Assembly (NCBI RefSeq): GCF_902805515.1
Contig: NZ_CADCTE010000066.1
Coordinates: forward strand, 18,114 to 82,113
Reading direction: 5' to 3'
DNA length: 64,000 bases
Source of the DNA: an uncultured Arthrobacter sp.
GTDB taxonomy: Bacteria; Actinomycetota; Actinomycetes; Actinomycetales; Micrococcaceae
Shown here: positions 1 to 14,900 of the stretch, one piece after another
Position numbering within the stretch: position 1 is the first letter of the stretch
How the letters are laid out: every line of letters begins with the position of its first letter
Notes under the pieces: generated by a model
Databases searched by the model: none
The model's input: the letters and a program-made list of their open reading frames with translations, nothing else
Told to the model about the DNA's origin: nothing
Translations under genes and position numbers: made by a program

Positions 1-43
1 GGCGCCGCCCGGTCCTTCCCGGATCGCACTGAGCGTGGAAACA

Positions 44-78
44 AAGAATGCGGAGGCCGCAGCGGCCTCCGCATTCTT
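44..78. terminator. Intrinsic terminator-like hairpin downstream of wzt
   Basis: Perfect 17-bp inverted repeat AAGAATGCGGAGGCCGC-A-GCGGCCTCCGCATTCTT, flanked by A-rich/T-rich bases, 30 bp past the wzt stop. Confidence 0.8.
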
Positions 79-107
79 CGTTTCCGGGTGAAACCGCGGC
101 GTGGATT

Positions 108-836
108 TCAGCTGGCGCGGATGTGGGCGATCGCGTCTCCCACTTCACCGTCCATGACGACCCTGCCGCGCTCAAGCACGATCCCGCGGTCGCAGACCTT
201 GCTGACCATGTCGAGATCGTGGCTGACCACGACGAGGGTCTTCCCGGCCTCGTTCAGCTCCTTGATCTTCGCCAGGCACTTCTTCTGGAACGGCTCGTCG
301 CCCACCGCGAGGATCTCGTCGATGAGGAAGATGTCCGGGTTGGTGTGCACGGCCACGGCGAACGCCAGGCGCAGGTACATGCCCGAGGAGTAGAAGCGGA
401 CCTCGGTGTCGATGAACTCGCCGATCTCCGAGAACTCGACGATCGAGTCGAACTGCTCCCGGATTTCCTTTTCGCTCATCCCGAGGATCGAGCCGTTGAG
501 GAAGACGTTGTCCCTCCCGCTCAGGTCCGGGTGGAACCCGGCACCGACCTCGATGAGGCCTGCCACCCGGCCCCGGGTACGGACGGTGCCGGCGTCGGGC
601 AGCATGACACCCGAGATGTGCTTGAGCAGGGTTGATTTGCCCGAGCCGTTGAAGCCGAGCAGAGCGACCGTCTCCCCCTGCTCCACGGTAAAGGAAACGC
701 CTTCGAGGGCGGAGAACTTCTTGTAGAGATCGCCCCGCCTGCCCTTGAGCAGCCACAGGAAGGTCTCCTTCATGGAGCGCGTATGGCGCAGCACGAACCG
801 TTTCTCGATGCTCTTGATGTCGATCGATATGGGCAT
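108..836 (-). CDS. wzt: Polysaccharide/teichoic-acid export ABC transporter ATP-binding subunit (Wzt/TagH-like)
   Basis: Walker A GFNGSGKST, signature YSSGM, Walker B FLIDE; adjacent to an ABC-2 permease. Confidence 0.9.
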   Translation of the reverse strand: MPISIDIKSIEKRFVLRHTRSMKETFLWLLKGRRGDLYKKFSALEGVSFTVEQGETVALLGFNGSGKSTLLKHISGVMLPDAGTVRTRGRVAGLIEVGAGFHPDLSGRDNVFLNGSILGMSEKEIREQFDSIVEFSEIGEFIDTEVRFYSSGMYLRLAFAVAVHTNPDIFLIDEILAVGDEPFQKKCLAKIKELNEAGKTLVVVSHDLDMVSKVCDRGIVLERGRVVMDGEVGDAIAHIRAS

Positions 837-839
837 TGT

Positions 840-1735
840 CTACAACTCCTGGGCGAAGCGGCCCTCGAGCCGGCGGAAAAGAAGCTGCCCGAGGACCAGC
901 GTGACGATGGAGAGGGCCAGGGCGATCGGAACCCAGAGCGACAGGAAGGAGGGCGGCAGCGCCTGGGTCTGGTCGGCGGTGGGCATCCAGAACGCGTAGT
1001 GGAAGGTCTCCACTCCAACGGTCAGCGGGTTGAGCAGATAGATGTTCAGGGCGGTCTGACCCAACTGGTCCCGCACCGTGGTCCAGGCGTAGAGCACCGG
1101 CGACGCCCAGGTCGCGACCATGAGCAACAGGTCCACGAGGTTCTCGGCGTCCCGGAAATAGACGTTGACGGCACCGAAGATCAGGCCGAGACCCGTGGCC
1201 ATCAACGCCACAATGACAAACCCGACCACGGCGGCGCCAAGCTGCAGGACGGACGGCGTCCAGCCGGCGAACAGGCACGCGACGATCAGGATGATGATCT
1301 GCGGGAGGAAATGGATGGCGGACACCCAGATGGCGGACACCGGGAACAGTTCGCGCGGGAGGTAGATCTTCTTGATCAATCCGCCGTTCATCACGATCGA
1401 CCTCGACGCATTGCCGAGTGCTTCCGAGAAGAAGTTGACGAGCACGATCCCGGAGAAGAGATAGATGGCGTAGTTCGGCAGCCCTCCGGGGTTGCGTGCG
1501 CTCTGCTCGAGGCCGAGGAAGATGCCCAGCGCGATGTAGAAGACGATGAACTGCACGCCGGGTTTGACGTAGGACCACAGCAGGCCGATGACGGAGCCGC
1601 GGTAGCGGACCTTGATCTCCTTATCGACGAGCAGCTTCAGGAGGAACCTGCTGCTGAGAACGTCCCGGAGTCCGGCACCGCGCCCGGGCGAGACCAGGCC
1701 TACAGTGCCGTCATCCGGCGTAGAGACATCCATCT

Positions 1736-1739
<4 letters not shown>
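840..1739 (-). CDS. wzm: Polysaccharide export ABC-2 permease (Wzm/TagG-like)
   Basis: RYRGSVIGLLWSYVKP and LIKKIYLPRELFP motifs, about 6 TM segments. Start taken at GTG 1739 (overlapping the upstream TGA) or ATG 1733, not the ORF-track start at 1997. Confidence 0.88.
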
Positions 1740-6284
<4,545 letters not shown>

Positions 6285-6293
6285 GATTTTCCC

Positions 6294-7346
6294 ATGCGTA
6301 TTCTCAGCGTCGTTGGCGCGCGCCCCCAGTTTGTGAAGCTTGCGCCGATTGCCGCAGCGATGAAGGGCCGCGCCGACCACCTCATTGTCCATACCGGCCA
6401 GCACTACGACGCGTTGATGTCGGACGTGTTTTTCAGTGATCTGGGAATTCCCGAGCCGGACTTCAACCTGGGGGTCGGGTCGGGGAAACACGGTCAGCAG
6501 ACGGGCGCCATGCTGACCGGGCTTGAGGAAATCTTCGAGCAGGTCCGCCCCGACTGGGTGCTCGTATACGGCGACACGAACTCAACGCTCGCTGCTGCGG
6601 TCGCGGCGGTGAAGATGCACATTCCGCTGGCCCACCTCGAAGCAGGGCTGCGCTCGTTCAACCGCCGCATGCCGGAGGAGCACAACCGGGTGCTGACCGA
6701 CCATGCCTCGGACCTGCTGCTCGCGCCGACCAAGGTCGCCGTCGACCATCTCAGCCGTGAGGGTCTCGCCGAACGCACGGTGCTCGTGGGAGACGTCATG
6801 ACCGATGTCCTGTTCCGAACCCGTGCCGCTGTTGAAGCACGCGGCGAAGCGGTGCCCTTTGGGATGAGCCCCGGGAACTACTACGTCAGCACCATTCACC
6901 GTCCTGACAACACCGACGACCCGGACCGGCTGAAGCTGATTATTGAATCGCTGGCCGCCCTGGATAAGCCGGTCCTCCTCCTGGCCCACCCCCGGCTTGT
7001 CGGTCTCGCCGAGCGCCATGGCCTTGAACTGGAGACCGGGTCCATCCGGGTCGCGTCGCCGCTGGCCTACCCGCAGCTGGTGAACGCCGTCTCCCACAGC
7101 GCCGGCGTCGTCACCGACTCCGGTGGGCTGCAGAAGGAGGCCTTCCTGCTGCGGGTGCCGTGCACCACCATCCGCCCGGAGACCGAGTGGGTGGAGACGG
7201 TGGACCTGGGCTGGAACGTCCTCGTGTCGGAGGACCTGGCTTCGCTCACCTCGGTGGTGCAGCGCCCCGCGCCCCAGCCGACCGACGCCGCCCCCTACGG
7301 TGAAGGGGCAGCGGCCCAGCAGGTGGTCAGCGCCCTTCTTCGATAG
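6294..7346 (+). CDS. wecB: Non-hydrolysing UDP-N-acetylglucosamine(uronate) 2-epimerase (WecB/WbpI-like)
   Basis: VGARPQFVK, HTGQHYD, GDTNSTLA, HLEAGLRSFN, TDSGGLQKEA. Confidence 0.92.
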   Translation: MRILSVVGARPQFVKLAPIAAAMKGRADHLIVHTGQHYDALMSDVFFSDLGIPEPDFNLGVGSGKHGQQTGAMLTGLEEIFEQVRPDWVLVYGDTNSTLAAAVAAVKMHIPLAHLEAGLRSFNRRMPEEHNRVLTDHASDLLLAPTKVAVDHLSREGLAERTVLVGDVMTDVLFRTRAAVEARGEAVPFGMSPGNYYVSTIHRPDNTDDPDRLKLIIESLAALDKPVLLLAHPRLVGLAERHGLELETGSIRVASPLAYPQLVNAVSHSAGVVTDSGGLQKEAFLLRVPCTTIRPETEWVETVDLGWNVLVSEDLASLTSVVQRPAPQPTDAAPYGEGAAAQQVVSALLR

Positions 7347-8478
7347 CGCGCAGCACCTCGGCGGCGGCGTGCCGTCCCGAGGTCCGGAGCGAGGCGTTGT
7401 CCTCGACCCACGCGGCCCGCGCCGCACGGCCATGGTCCGGCTCCTCGAGGAGCCGGATCATGGCCTTGGCGACCTCGGTCGACGAGAAGCCGCTGGCGTA
7501 CCCAAGGCCGCCTTCGGCCACCATTCCAGCCGACGCCCCCTTGCCGGCGTAGATCACCGGTGTCCCGCAGGCCGCCGCCGCATAGATCTTCGTCGGTTTG
7601 GCGAAGTCGTAGCCCTGGTCGGGAACGATGCTGACGAGTGAGCCGGCCGCCCCCCGAATCCAGGTGGCCGCTTCGGCCGGCGGCACGACCCCGCCGAAGC
7701 GGATCCGGTCGTCGGCCATGCGGGCGGCCTTTTCCTTGAGTGCCGCCTCGGCCGATCCCTGGCCGAAGAAGTGAAGCCGCACATCCGGGAAGCGCAGCAG
7801 CACTTCCTCCATCGCGTCGATGAAAATCTCCGCGCCCTGCCACTCGGACATCGTCCCCGTATAGACGAAGTATCGATAGCCCGGCTCGGCTGCCGGCCCG
7901 TCCGGAGAGAAGGTTTCGGTGTCCACGCCGTTGCCGACGACGACGACCCGGCTCGGGTCGACCGAAAACTGCCGTGTCTGGTCCGCAACGCCCTGTGAGA
8001 TGGCAATGACCTTCAGCGCCTTCCGCAGCGCCACGCCCTCGATGGAGCGCATGATGCTCACCACCGGCGCCGGAGCACTGGTTGCGGCCAGCGCATCGGT
8101 CCAGATATCCGCGGCGTAGTAGACGTAGCGGCGGCGGCGGAGCCATGACGACAGTGCGACCATCAGACCGGTGGTCGGGGGCGGTTCGGAGACGACGATG
8201 TCCGCCCGCGCGGCAAGGAGCCGGAAGAAGAGCGGAAGGTCGAAGCTCATGTACTGGACGTAGCCACGGACGTTTCCGCCGCTGTCGCGGAGCACCGGCC
8301 AGCGCTTGACTCCCTTGGCGGGGCGGGGGTCATCGGTGCCGCGCGGCGGACGCGTGGTGAGCACCGAGACGTCGGCGCCGGCGTCGGTGAGGCCCCTGGT
8401 GAGCGCCTGAAGCCGGAACGCTGCCGCTCCCACCTCGGGCGGATACAGCCGGGTGGCCAGCAGTACCTTCGAACTCAC
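7327..8478 (-). CDS. GT4 family glycosyltransferase
   Basis: YPPEVGAAAFR N-terminus, VVGNGVD, PTKIYAAAACGTPVI. Start GTG 8478 overlaps the upstream TGA; the ORF-track extension to 8946 overlaps the next gene and is not used. Confidence 0.85.
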   Translation of the reverse strand: MSSKVLLATRLYPPEVGAAAFRLQALTRGLTDAGADVSVLTTRPPRGTDDPRPAKGVKRWPVLRDSGGNVRGYVQYMSFDLPLFFRLLAARADIVVSEPPPTTGLMVALSSWLRRRRYVYYAADIWTDALAATSAPAPVVSIMRSIEGVALRKALKVIAISQGVADQTRQFSVDPSRVVVVGNGVDTETFSPDGPAAEPGYRYFVYTGTMSEWQGAEIFIDAMEEVLLRFPDVRLHFFGQGSAEAALKEKAARMADDRIRFGGVVPPAEAATWIRGAAGSLVSIVPDQGYDFAKPTKIYAAAACGTPVIYAGKGASAGMVAEGGLGYASGFSSTEVAKAMIRLLEEPDHGRAARAAWVEDNASLRTSGRHAAAEVLRAIEEGR

Positions 8479-9467
8479 AGGCCGAGGCCGATCGTCGAAT
8501 TGGTGTTGGCCGCCTGAATCATCGCCTCCGCCACGCGGAGCGTATTGAGACCCTCGCGCATGGTGACGGTGTTGTTCGAGATCCCCAGCACGGCGTCCCG
8601 GAACGCCTCGTGCTCCACGCGCAGCGGTTCGCGCTTCGTCAGCGCGAGGCGGGTGATGTTGCCTTCGGACACGCCGCGGAAGTTCGAAACGGCCTCCCAC
8701 TCGGTGGTGAAGGTGCCGTTCTCGTAGAACGTGAGATCCGCGGTGAGCGTATCGGCGACGAAGGCGCCCTTCTCCCCCGTGACCACGGTGAGCCGTTCCT
8801 TCATCGGGGAGAGCCAGTTCACGAGGTGGCTGGTGATCACACCGTTGGCGAGCTGGCCCGAGGCGGTGACCATGTCCTCGTGCGGCCGCCCGGAGCGGGT
8901 GCTCGTGCGGGCCGACACGGAGGTGAAGGGCGACCGGGCGAGCCACGAAGTGAGGTCGATGTCGTGGGTGCCCAGGTCCTTCACGACGCCGACGTCGGCG
9001 ATGCGGGCGGGGAAGGGACCCTGCCTCCGGGTGGCGATCTGGTAGACCTCCCCCAGGTCGCCCGCTTCAATGCGCGCGCGCAGCGACTGCAGCGCGGGAT
9101 TGAACCGCTCGATGTGCCCGACGGCCCCGATCAGGCCGGCGTTCTCGAACGCTTCGACGAGACGCTGGCCGGCTTCGACCGTGTCGGCGATCGGCTTCTC
9201 CACGAGGGTGTGGACGCCGGCGCCGGCCAGGGCCAGCCCGACCTTCTCGTGCAGACCGGTCGGCACTGCACACACCGCCATGTCGATGCCTTCGGCGATC
9301 AGCTCATCGACCGACGCGCAGACCGGAAGCTTCCCTGCGACCCCGTGCGGATCGCCGTACGCGTCGGCGACGGCGACCAGCTCGAGGCCCTCGACCTCCC
9401 GGATGACGCGGGCGTGGTGGCGCCCCATCATTCCCAGTCCGATCAGTCCGACCCGGAGATCCGCCAT
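8475..9467 (-). CDS. Gfo/Idh/MocA oxidoreductase (WbpB-like UDP-GlcNAcA 3-dehydrogenase)
   Basis: GLIGLGMMG, VEKP, VGHIERFNPA, DLGTHDID; operonic with an aminotransferase and an acetyltransferase. Confidence 0.85.
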   Translation of the reverse strand: MADLRVGLIGLGMMGRHHARVIREVEGLELVAVADAYGDPHGVAGKLPVCASVDELIAEGIDMAVCAVPTGLHEKVGLALAGAGVHTLVEKPIADTVEAGQRLVEAFENAGLIGAVGHIERFNPALQSLRARIEAGDLGEVYQIATRRQGPFPARIADVGVVKDLGTHDIDLTSWLARSPFTSVSARTSTRSGRPHEDMVTASGQLANGVITSHLVNWLSPMKERLTVVTGEKGAFVADTLTADLTFYENGTFTTEWEAVSNFRGVSEGNITRLALTKREPLRVEHEAFRDAVLGISNNTVTMREGLNTLRVAEAMIQAANTNSTIGLGL

Positions 9468-9468
9468 G

Positions 9469-10560
9469 CTAGGCACCCGCCTTCGCCAGGGCGTTGACGG
9501 CGGTCACGATCCGGTCGAGATCCTCGGAGTCCAGCGACGGATGAACCGGCAGCGACAGGACCTCGCGGGAGGCGGTTTCCGTGTTGGGAAGGTCCTCGGT
9601 GCGCTGGAAGGAGGGCAGGCGGTGGTTCGGAATCGGATAGTAGACACCCGAGCCGATGTTGTACTCGTTCTTGAGGGCGGCGGCGAAGCCGTCCCGGTCG
9701 CCGTCGACCCGCACTGTGTACTGGTGGTACACGTGCACTGCGCCCTCGGCCACCGTTGGCGTTGCCACGCCTTCGATATTCGCGGAAAGGAAGGCGGCAT
9801 TCGCCTGGCGCTGTGCGGTCCATCCCCCGACCTTCGTCAGCTGGACGCGCCCGATCGCGGCGTGAAGGTTCGTCATCCGGGCGTTGAAGCCGACCAGCTC
9901 GTTCTCATACTGGCGCTCCATGCCCTGGTTGCGCAGCAGGCGCAGCCGGCGTTCGATCTCGGGGTTGCCCGTGGAGACCATCCCGCCCTCGCCGGAGGTC
10001 ATGTTTTTCGTCGGGTAGAGCGAGAACATCGCGAAGTCGCCGAAGGTGCCGACCTGACGCCCGCCCAGTGAGGCGCCGTGCGCCTGGGCTGCGTCCTCGA
10101 AGAGGGCGATCCCGTGGCGGTCAGCCAGCGTCCGGTAGGCCTCAATGTCGGCCGGGTGTCCGTAGAGGTGGACCGGCATGATCCCTCTGGTCTTCTCCGT
10201 GATCAGGGAAGCCACATGGGCGATGTCGAGGCAGTAGTGATCGAGTTCGATGTCGGCGAAGACGGGCGTTGCGCCGGTGAGCGCGACGGAGTTCGCCGTG
10301 GCCGCGAAGGTGAAGGACGGGACGATCACCTCATCGCCGGGGCCGATACCCGCGGCCAGCAGTCCAAGGTGGAGTCCTGCCGTTCCGGAGTTCACGGCGA
10401 CGGCCGCGCGGCCGTCGAGGAGGACCTCGGAGAATTCCTTCTCGAACGCGGCAACCTCGGCACCCTGTGCCAGCATTCCCGAAACGAGGACGGCGTCGAC
10501 GGCCGCGCGCTCTTCGTCTCCGACGATCGGTTTTGCTGCTGGAATGAAGTCCTTGCTCAT
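9469..10560 (-). CDS. DegT/DnrJ/EryC1/StrS sugar aminotransferase (WbpE-like)
   Basis: VPSFTFAATAN, EDAAQAHGA, FSLYPTKNMTSGEGG (PLP lysine). Confidence 0.9.
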   Translation of the reverse strand: MSKDFIPAAKPIVGDEERAAVDAVLVSGMLAQGAEVAAFEKEFSEVLLDGRAAVAVNSGTAGLHLGLLAAGIGPGDEVIVPSFTFAATANSVALTGATPVFADIELDHYCLDIAHVASLITEKTRGIMPVHLYGHPADIEAYRTLADRHGIALFEDAAQAHGASLGGRQVGTFGDFAMFSLYPTKNMTSGEGGMVSTGNPEIERRLRLLRNQGMERQYENELVGFNARMTNLHAAIGRVQLTKVGGWTAQRQANAAFLSANIEGVATPTVAEGAVHVYHQYTVRVDGDRDGFAAALKNEYNIGSGVYYPIPNHRLPSFQRTEDLPNTETASREVLSLPVHPSLDSEDLDRIVTAVNALAKAGA

Positions 10561-11153
10561 GCCTCTACCCCTACTGGTTTCAGTGTGTCGTTCGTTTCCT
10601 CGTACCGCTCCCCGGTCTCCGGGCAGACCCAGAAGGAACCTTCAGCCTTCAGCGGGTGTCCGGCCCTGCCCACCCAGCCGAGGCGCTTGGCCGGAACGCC
10701 GGCAACCAGGGCGTAGGGCGGGACGTCCTTCGTGACCACGGCGCCCGCGGCGACCGTCGCCCACGCGCCGATGGTCACCGGCGCCACGCAGACTGCACGC
10801 GCGCCGATGGCCGCACCCTTCTCGATGGTGACCCCGACCGGCACCCAGTCGTGGGCGCTCTTGAGGCTTCCATCGGGAGAGATGGACCGGGGGTAGGTGT
10901 CATTCGTCAGGACAACGGCCGGGCCGATGAACACGCCCTCGCCGAGCACTGCGGGCTCGTACACCAGCGCGTAGTTCTGGATCTTGGTGTTGGCGCCGAT
11001 TTCGACACCGGTTCCGACGTACGCTCCCCGTCCCACGATGCAGTTCTCGCCCAGCCGGGCGTTTTCGCGCACCTGCGCCAGATGCCAGATCTTTGACCCC
11101 TGCCCGATGACGGCATCGGGCGAGACGTCCGCGGTTTCAGCGATATAGCTCAT
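10557..11153 (-). CDS. Hexapeptide-repeat N-acetyltransferase (WbpD-like)
   Basis: IGQGSKIWHLAQVRE, VFIGPAVVLTND, VAGVPAK left-handed beta-helix motifs; start ATG 11153. Confidence 0.88.
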   Translation of the reverse strand: MSYIAETADVSPDAVIGQGSKIWHLAQVRENARLGENCIVGRGAYVGTGVEIGANTKIQNYALVYEPAVLGEGVFIGPAVVLTNDTYPRSISPDGSLKSAHDWVPVGVTIEKGAAIGARAVCVAPVTIGAWATVAAGAVVTKDVPPYALVAGVPAKRLGWVGRAGHPLKAEGSFWVCPETGERYEETNDTLKPVGVEA

Positions 11154-12526
11154 GACACACTTTCTTTTTGAGGTTCGGCGGGCGCCACTGCTTCGTGCCT
11201 TCCCGTTCCAGCATCTCGGCGCCGCTCCACCATGGCGATGGCACACGCAAACAGGCAGATCCCAAGGGCGACAGGCACTGCCCGGTAGGTGAAGAACGCG
11301 TGGATCTGCGAATGATTGCTCAGGGCCTCGTACCAAACCGGGACCACCAGGACCGGCAGGGCCAGGACCATCGCGACACCAATCCGCCGGACTCCCCCGC
11401 GGCGCACCGCGATCAGCAGCGTGACGACCCCCAGCAGGAGCACCGCCAGAAGGACCAACCGGGAAGTCGGCACGTGATTCAACCAGAACAGCGCGTTCGC
11501 CCTGGTCGGGGCACCGAAAGCGGTGTCGAGCCAGGTCTCCTTACCCGCCGTCCGGTACTCAACGTTGCCCCGGACAAAGGTCGTCACCTCGTTCCAACCA
11601 AGGAACAGGGCGGCAATGGCCCATCGGGACGCCCAGGTCAGGAAGAAGCTGAGCGGCCAGAGCACGGCCACTCCTACTCCGGCAGCCACGGTCCCGGCAA
11701 GCTTCCCGAACCGACGGTAGGTCACCGCGGCCGCCACAGCGGAGGCCAGCGCCCAGGGGATCGCGGGAGTCGTAAGCAGGTCGACAAAGCAGAACAGGGC
11801 TGCCCCGAGGATCGTCGATCCGGCGAGGCGCGCACGGCCGCCTCCCGCACCCCACGCCACCAGGGCAGTGCTGAGGAAGATGAAGGACAGGGAGATCGCC
11901 TGGCTGAAGGATGTCGAGGGTGTCGACATGATGTTGGTGGCCAGCAGCACCGGGCCCATCAACGCGAGGGCCGCGTATTTGCTCGTCCTGCGCGCGACCT
12001 GCGAGAACGCCAGTACCAGCGATCCCAGCAGCATCGCGCCCGCCACGATCCGCACTCCGTCCATGCCGGCCAGGGCGAGGACGGGACGCGTGATGATGGT
12101 GTATCCGGCCCAGTACTTGTAGTAGTCGCCATTCACCGGATCACCTCCCGCGGCCAGCAGGCGGATGTCTTCCACGCCCCGCGCACAGTTGGAGATCCGC
12201 GGCATGTACACGGCGCGGTCGAAGGCGCTCTCCCCGGGATTCGACCCGAGGCCGGTGCCGACCACGACGCACTCGGTGAACGCGTCTGAGGTTCCACCCA
12301 TCCGGTCGGGAGTCGACGAGGGTCCGTAGGTTCCGGCATTGATCGAATGGATCAGGTGCGTGAGGATCGGCCGGTCGGGAACCGCCTGCCCAACCACCAG
12401 GAACAGGAAAAACACAATCTGAAGGGCGACGAACCCACCGACGAAGTAACCGGACACCCGCAGGAGCGAGGGACGGCGGCGCAGCCTCAACGACAACTCC
12501 TCCCGGGAGGTACTGCCGTCACCCAT
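11150..12526 (-). CDS. Multi-pass membrane protein, putative GT-C (polyprenol-phosphate-sugar-dependent) transferase
   Basis: About 10 TM segments after an N-terminal extracytoplasmic loop with YYKYWAGY; translationally coupled to a GT2 gene upstream and the WbpD-like gene downstream. Function is inferred from architecture and context. Confidence 0.55.
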   Translation of the reverse strand: MGDGSTSREELSLRLRRRPSLLRVSGYFVGGFVALQIVFFLFLVVGQAVPDRPILTHLIHSINAGTYGPSSTPDRMGGTSDAFTECVVVGTGLGSNPGESAFDRAVYMPRISNCARGVEDIRLLAAGGDPVNGDYYKYWAGYTIITRPVLALAGMDGVRIVAGAMLLGSLVLAFSQVARRTSKYAALALMGPVLLATNIMSTPSTSFSQAISLSFIFLSTALVAWGAGGGRARLAGSTILGAALFCFVDLLTTPAIPWALASAVAAAVTYRRFGKLAGTVAAGVGVAVLWPLSFFLTWASRWAIAALFLGWNEVTTFVRGNVEYRTAGKETWLDTAFGAPTRANALFWLNHVPTSRLVLLAVLLLGVVTLLIAVRRGGVRRIGVAMVLALPVLVVPVWYEALSNHSQIHAFFTYRAVPVALGICLFACAIAMVERRRDAGTGRHEAVAPAEPQKESVS

Positions 12527-13448
12527 GCCCGACCACCTCCCAGGAGAGGTACGCGAGGCGGGAGCTCTCGTCGCGCATCTTCTTCAGCACATCCATCAAC
12601 GTGCCGCTGATCATGGCAAGTACGGCGAGGATCACGAGCGAGGAGGCGAGCAGGGCCGTCGGAAGGCGCGGCACCAGTCCGGTGTCGACGAATTCGACGA
12701 TGATCGGGAGGCCCAGGATCAGCGCCACTCCGGCAAGCACACCGGAAATCAGGCCGTAGGTGGGAACCGGCCGCTCGTGCAGGGCAAGTTTCAGCACCGT
12801 CCGAAGGATGCGCTGACCGTCATGGTAGGTCCGGAGTTTGCTTTCGGTGCCCTCCGCCCTGTCCCGGAAGGCGATGGGCAGTTCCGCCTGCGGAATGCGC
12901 GCGCTGATGCTGTGGACCGTCAGTTCGGTCTCGATCTCGAAGCCCCGGGACAGTGCGGGAAATGATCGGACAAAGCGCTTTGAGAAGACCCGGTAGCCGC
13001 TGAGCATATCCTCGACCTTGTACCCGAAGATCAATCCGACGATGCCGTTGAAGAAACGGTTCCCGAGCTCATGTCCGGACCGGTAGGCGGAGTCGCTCTC
13101 CTGCCGGCGCACGCCGGTCACCTGGTCGTAGGGACCATCGAGGAGTTTGTTGATCAGCTCCGGGGCGGCCGCGGCGTCGTAGGTGTCGTCGCCATCGATG
13201 AGCACATACACGTCGGCGTCAATGTCGGCGAAGGCCCGCCGGATGACATTGCCCTTGCCCTTCCGGTCCTCGAACCGCACCACGGCTCCTGCCGCCCGCG
13301 CCACCTCTGCGGTGTTGTCGTCGCTGCAGTTGTCGTAGACGTAGATTGTCGCCGTCGGAAGCGATGCCTGGAGGTCGGTGACCACCTTGCCGATCGCTCC
13401 CGCCTCGTTGTGGCAGGGAACGATGGCCGCAATTTTCACGTTCGACAC
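12519..13448 (-). CDS. GT2 polyprenol-phosphate glycosyltransferase (DPM1/GtrB-like)
   Basis: VPCHNEAGAI, VYDNCSDD, LIDGDDTY, DMLSGYRVFS, FEIETE; two C-terminal TM helices; start GTG 13448. Confidence 0.88.
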   Translation of the reverse strand: MSNVKIAAIVPCHNEAGAIGKVVTDLQASLPTATIYVYDNCSDDNTAEVARAAGAVVRFEDRKGKGNVIRRAFADIDADVYVLIDGDDTYDAAAAPELINKLLDGPYDQVTGVRRQESDSAYRSGHELGNRFFNGIVGLIFGYKVEDMLSGYRVFSKRFVRSFPALSRGFEIETELTVHSISARIPQAELPIAFRDRAEGTESKLRTYHDGQRILRTVLKLALHERPVPTYGLISGVLAGVALILGLPIIVEFVDTGLVPRLPTALLASSLVILAVLAMISGTLMDVLKKMRDESSRLAYLSWEVVGHG

Positions 13449-13453
13449 GGCGA

Positions 13454-14743
13454 TCAGGCCTTGCCGATGACGCGGTAAACCACACCGTCCCACTTTTCGG
13501 CGCTGCTGACCCGGCGGCCGTCAATGAACGCCTTCACGCCGGGAAGGTCGGAGGGGCTCAGCGAGGCGTACTCGGCATGGTTGGCCTGGACGACGGCGGC
13601 GTCGATGGGCTCTCCGAAGTGGTAGGGCGTGAATCCCAGCTTCTCGAGTTCTTCGTCCGTGTACATCGGGTCGTTGACGAAGGCCGTGGCCCCGCGGGAC
13701 TGCAGGGCGTCAACGGCGGCGAAGACCCCGGAGAAGGCCGTTTCCTTGACTCCGCCGCGGTAGGCGGCACCGAGGACTACCACCCGTGCTCCCTCGAGGG
13801 AGCCGTAGGCGCCCTCGAGCAGGCCGATGGTGTAGTCGGGCATTCCGGCGTTGGCTTCCCGCGCCGCGCGCACGACGGTGGCGGCGGGGTCGTTCCACAG
13901 GTACAGCCGGGGGTAAACGGGAATGCAGTGGCCGCCCACGGCGATGCCGGGCTGATGGATGTGGCTGTAGGGCTGGGAGTTTGAGGCTTCGATGACCTGA
14001 TAGATGTCGATGCCCACCGTTGAGGCGTAGCGCGCGAACTGGTTGGCCAGCCCGATGTTGACGTCGCGGTAGGTCGTCTCGGCGAGCTTGGCCAGCTCGG
14101 ATGCCTCGGCGGAGCCGAGGTCCCAGACGCCGTTGCCGCGCTGCAGGTCGGGGCGCTCATCGAAGTCAAGGACGGCCTCGTAGAACTCCACGGCGGCCTT
14201 CGCGCCTTCGGGAGAAAGCCCGCCAACAAGCTTGGGGTACTTCCGCAGGTCCTCGAAGACCCGGCCTGTCAGCACGCGCTCCGGGGAGAAGACGAGGTGG
14301 AAGTCCTTCCCTTCAACCAGGCCGGATCCCGACTCAAGCGCAGGCTTCCAGCGGCTGCGGGTGGTTCCCACCGGCAGCGTCGTCTCGTAGGAGACGAGGG
14401 TTCCCGGTGTGAGGTGCCGGGCGAGCTCGGCGGTCGCCCCGTCCATCCAGCCGAAATCGGGGTTGGCATCAGCGTCAACGAAGAGCGGCACGACCAGGAC
14501 GACGGCGTCCGCCCCCGGAACGGCATCGGCGTAGTCGGTGGTCGCCCTCAGGCGGCCTGCGGGTACGAGCTCGGCCAGTTGTTCCTGAAGGTGGGCTTCT
14601 CCGGGGAACGGCTCCCGGCCGCTGTTGATCAGATCGACAACTGCGGCATTGACGTCGACGCCAACGACCTCGTGGCCTTTGGACGCGAACTGGACGGCCA
14701 GGGGCAGTCCGATCTTTCCGAGCGCGATAACAGCAATCTTCAC
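13454..14743 (-). CDS. UDP-N-acetylglucosamine 6-dehydrogenase (WbpA/WecC family)
   Basis: ALGKIGLP, FSPERV, AKLAETTYRDVNIG, VGGHCIP catalytic Cys. Confidence 0.9.
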   Translation of the reverse strand: MKIAVIALGKIGLPLAVQFASKGHEVVGVDVNAAVVDLINSGREPFPGEAHLQEQLAELVPAGRLRATTDYADAVPGADAVVLVVPLFVDADANPDFGWMDGATAELARHLTPGTLVSYETTLPVGTTRSRWKPALESGSGLVEGKDFHLVFSPERVLTGRVFEDLRKYPKLVGGLSPEGAKAAVEFYEAVLDFDERPDLQRGNGVWDLGSAEASELAKLAETTYRDVNIGLANQFARYASTVGIDIYQVIEASNSQPYSHIHQPGIAVGGHCIPVYPRLYLWNDPAATVVRAAREANAGMPDYTIGLLEGAYGSLEGARVVVLGAAYRGGVKETAFSGVFAAVDALQSRGATAFVNDPMYTDEELEKLGFTPYHFGEPIDAAVVQANHAEYASLSPSDLPGVKAFIDGRRVSSAEKWDGVVYRVIGKA

Positions 14744-14900
14744 AGCAGCATGACCTTTTTCTAGGATTTTGAGGGCTCACCCTTCGAGGGCATCGAGGCA
14801 AGCCTATAGGTTGTGCCCGCAATTAACCGCCTTGGCGGTATCGGGCGCGCCACTGCACCAGCTGGGTCCGGCGTCCCCTTAACCCCGGTTGATGTCCGCC

